Shown here one piece after another: positions 23,823 through 24,965 of a stretch of 24,965 bases of DNA (the stretch's first letter is position 1; each line of letters opens with the position of its first letter). This stretch comes from a virus (lineage: Duplodnaviria > Caudoviricetes): positions 1-24,965 of IMG/VR virus record IMGVR_UViG_3300025087_001226. The stretch is one strand, 5' to 3'. Under the pieces are notes generated by a model that was not told the DNA's origin, did no database searches, and saw only the letters and a program-made list of their open reading frames with translations. Position numbers and translations under genes: made by a program.

Positions 23823-24964
23823 ACGCTATCCCAATCGGAATCAAGTCTATCTTCAAAGAAACTCGTCTCCTTGTCAATTTCTTCCTGTGCGGGTGGAATA
23901 AATGTACCGGGAATTTTACCTTCCCAAGGCTTTTTAATCTTTTCAATATAATCGTGGAAATACATAGCGTTTAAATCAGCAAGTGCATCCATCATATGAT
24001 CGTTAGACTTCTCAGGTTCTTCGGGTTGGTTGGTGTCACTGTCGGATAGTGTTGATCTGTCTTTCCACCTATAAGCTAAAAATTCTTCTATTGTGTGTTT
24101 GCAGGATGGATGAACAAAGTATTTACTAGCCCTTAATCTTTCAGAAAACTTTTGTATCTTATATCTGACATAGTTTATTGTGCTTTCGCCGGACTCTTTC
24201 TTAACTGGTACAAAGTCTTCACCCAAGTCTGATAAGTCTTTAATATCTGATGCTTGTGCGGAATCCATAGTCGAGTATTCAAGCTCTATATCCCCCCGAA
24301 GATCAGATAGTCTTCTTGCTAAGGGGGGATTAGTAAGCTCCACCTCGTACAGTTCTTTAGTCTGGTACCAAGTGTCATCTTTATCTACTCCTACCCAACA
24401 AACGGCTGTAGGGTTTCTGTAACCTCTGTCTAATCCCCTAATCCAATAAACAGGTTTAAAGTCGGGTAATTCTTTGATATGCCTTGATGTGTCAAAATCG
24501 GTATAAACTAATCCCGTTGCTTTAATAAATGCTTCGTTTGATGTGTCAGGGTATTCTTGAACAAAGAATCTTCCAAGTTCTGCTTTCTTTTGTATTAATA
24601 CTTCTTGGGTGTAAAAATCACTTGCCGGATAAAAAAGAGGCTTGAAAGGTTTACCCCCCTTCACACAATCATCCCAGAAGCCCTTAAAAAAATTAAACCC
24701 GTTAGCGGTTGTTTCAATTATCACCCTTCCCGATGGGACTACTGCCTGCATAGCACCGGCAAACAACAGTTCAGGATGTTTATAAAAAGCAAATTCTGAT
24801 AAATGTAAGTTAGTTATTGTCTTTGATCTGCCAAATTCCGTATTGTCTGCGGTACCTATGGTGTATCTTGAAGACATAGATTCATTAAATAGTTCATACT
24901 TTGAATTGTATTTAAGGGGTACTTGTACTTTGTTGATGTATTCGTAAGACTTGATGTAGGCTTT
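23819..24964 (-). CDS. terL: Terminase large subunit (partial, 5' end beyond window)
   Basis: The frame stays open from the window edge (KAYIKSYEY...NESMSSR). ATPase motifs GRSKTI..LHLSE (Walker B variant) and IIETTANG, QEYP...EAF, and nuclease motifs GLDRG..NPTA and NDHMMDA are present. Confidence 0.92.
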   Translation of the reverse strand, partial: KAYIKSYEYINKVQVPLKYNSKYELFNESMSSRYTIGTADNTEFGRSKTITNLHLSEFAFYKHPELLFAGAMQAVVPSGRVIIETTANGFNFFKGFWDDCVKGGKPFKPLFYPASDFYTQEVLIQKKAELGRFFVQEYPDTSNEAFIKATGLVYTDFDTSRHIKELPDFKPVYWIRGLDRGYRNPTAVCWVGVDKDDTWYQTKELYEVELTNPPLARRLSDLRGDIELEYSTMDSAQASDIKDLSDLGEDFVPVKKESGESTINYVRYKIQKFSERLRASKYFVHPSCKHTIEEFLAYRWKDRSTLSDSDTNQPEEPEKSNDHMMDALADLNAMYFHDYIEKIKKPWEGKIPGTFIPPAQEEIDKETSFFEDRLDSDWDSV

Positions 24965-24965
24965 T

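Noticed and set aside
76-24799. All plus-strand ORFs in the track (e.g. 13475-13942, 22041-22394, 11400-11744)
   Set aside because: They lie antisense to well-supported minus-strand genes and show no recognisable motifs; treated as shadow ORFs.
24875-24877. ATG 24877 as terminase start
   Set aside because: The frame is open to the window edge and the Walker A region is missing, so the gene begins outside the window.
1-24965. Alternative genetic code (stop reassignment)
   Set aside because: Genes are full-length and tightly packed under code 11, with TGA and TAA both used as stops, including ATGA overlaps.
1-24965. Calling the element a prophage versus a free phage
   Set aside because: No integrase, att site or host gene is in the window, so this cannot be decided.

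Overview
This window is one continuous minus-strand morphogenesis (late) region of a tailed dsDNA phage or prophage, probably podovirus-like. Gene order from right to left is terminase large subunit (truncated), two small ORFs, portal, scaffold and major capsid. Next comes a ~6.7 kb sugar-modification block (PseB-like dehydratase, formyltransferase, three glycosyltransferase-like proteins, three SAM methyltransferases) with one structural gene inside it. A stand-alone S4 RNA-binding domain follows. Three proteins then share a ~20-aa 'INVYDSVTVSEDIT' repeat; one carries a putative clan-A glycoside hydrolase barrel and one is a 1557-aa multi-lectin protein. The region ends with head-tail adaptor, tail nozzle, small tail proteins and a truncated helical protein. 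The most striking unexplained signal is a cassette found five times between genes. Each copy has a near-consensus sigma70 promoter (TTGACA/TTGAAT, 17-18 bp, TANNNT), a conserved TTG-N1-3-(C/T)TCA motif at the predicted start site, and an intrinsic terminator ~35-45 nt later that ends just before the next start codon. This points to a distributed attenuation/antitermination system or a family of short RNAs. All product calls come from motif recognition and synteny; no searches were run.
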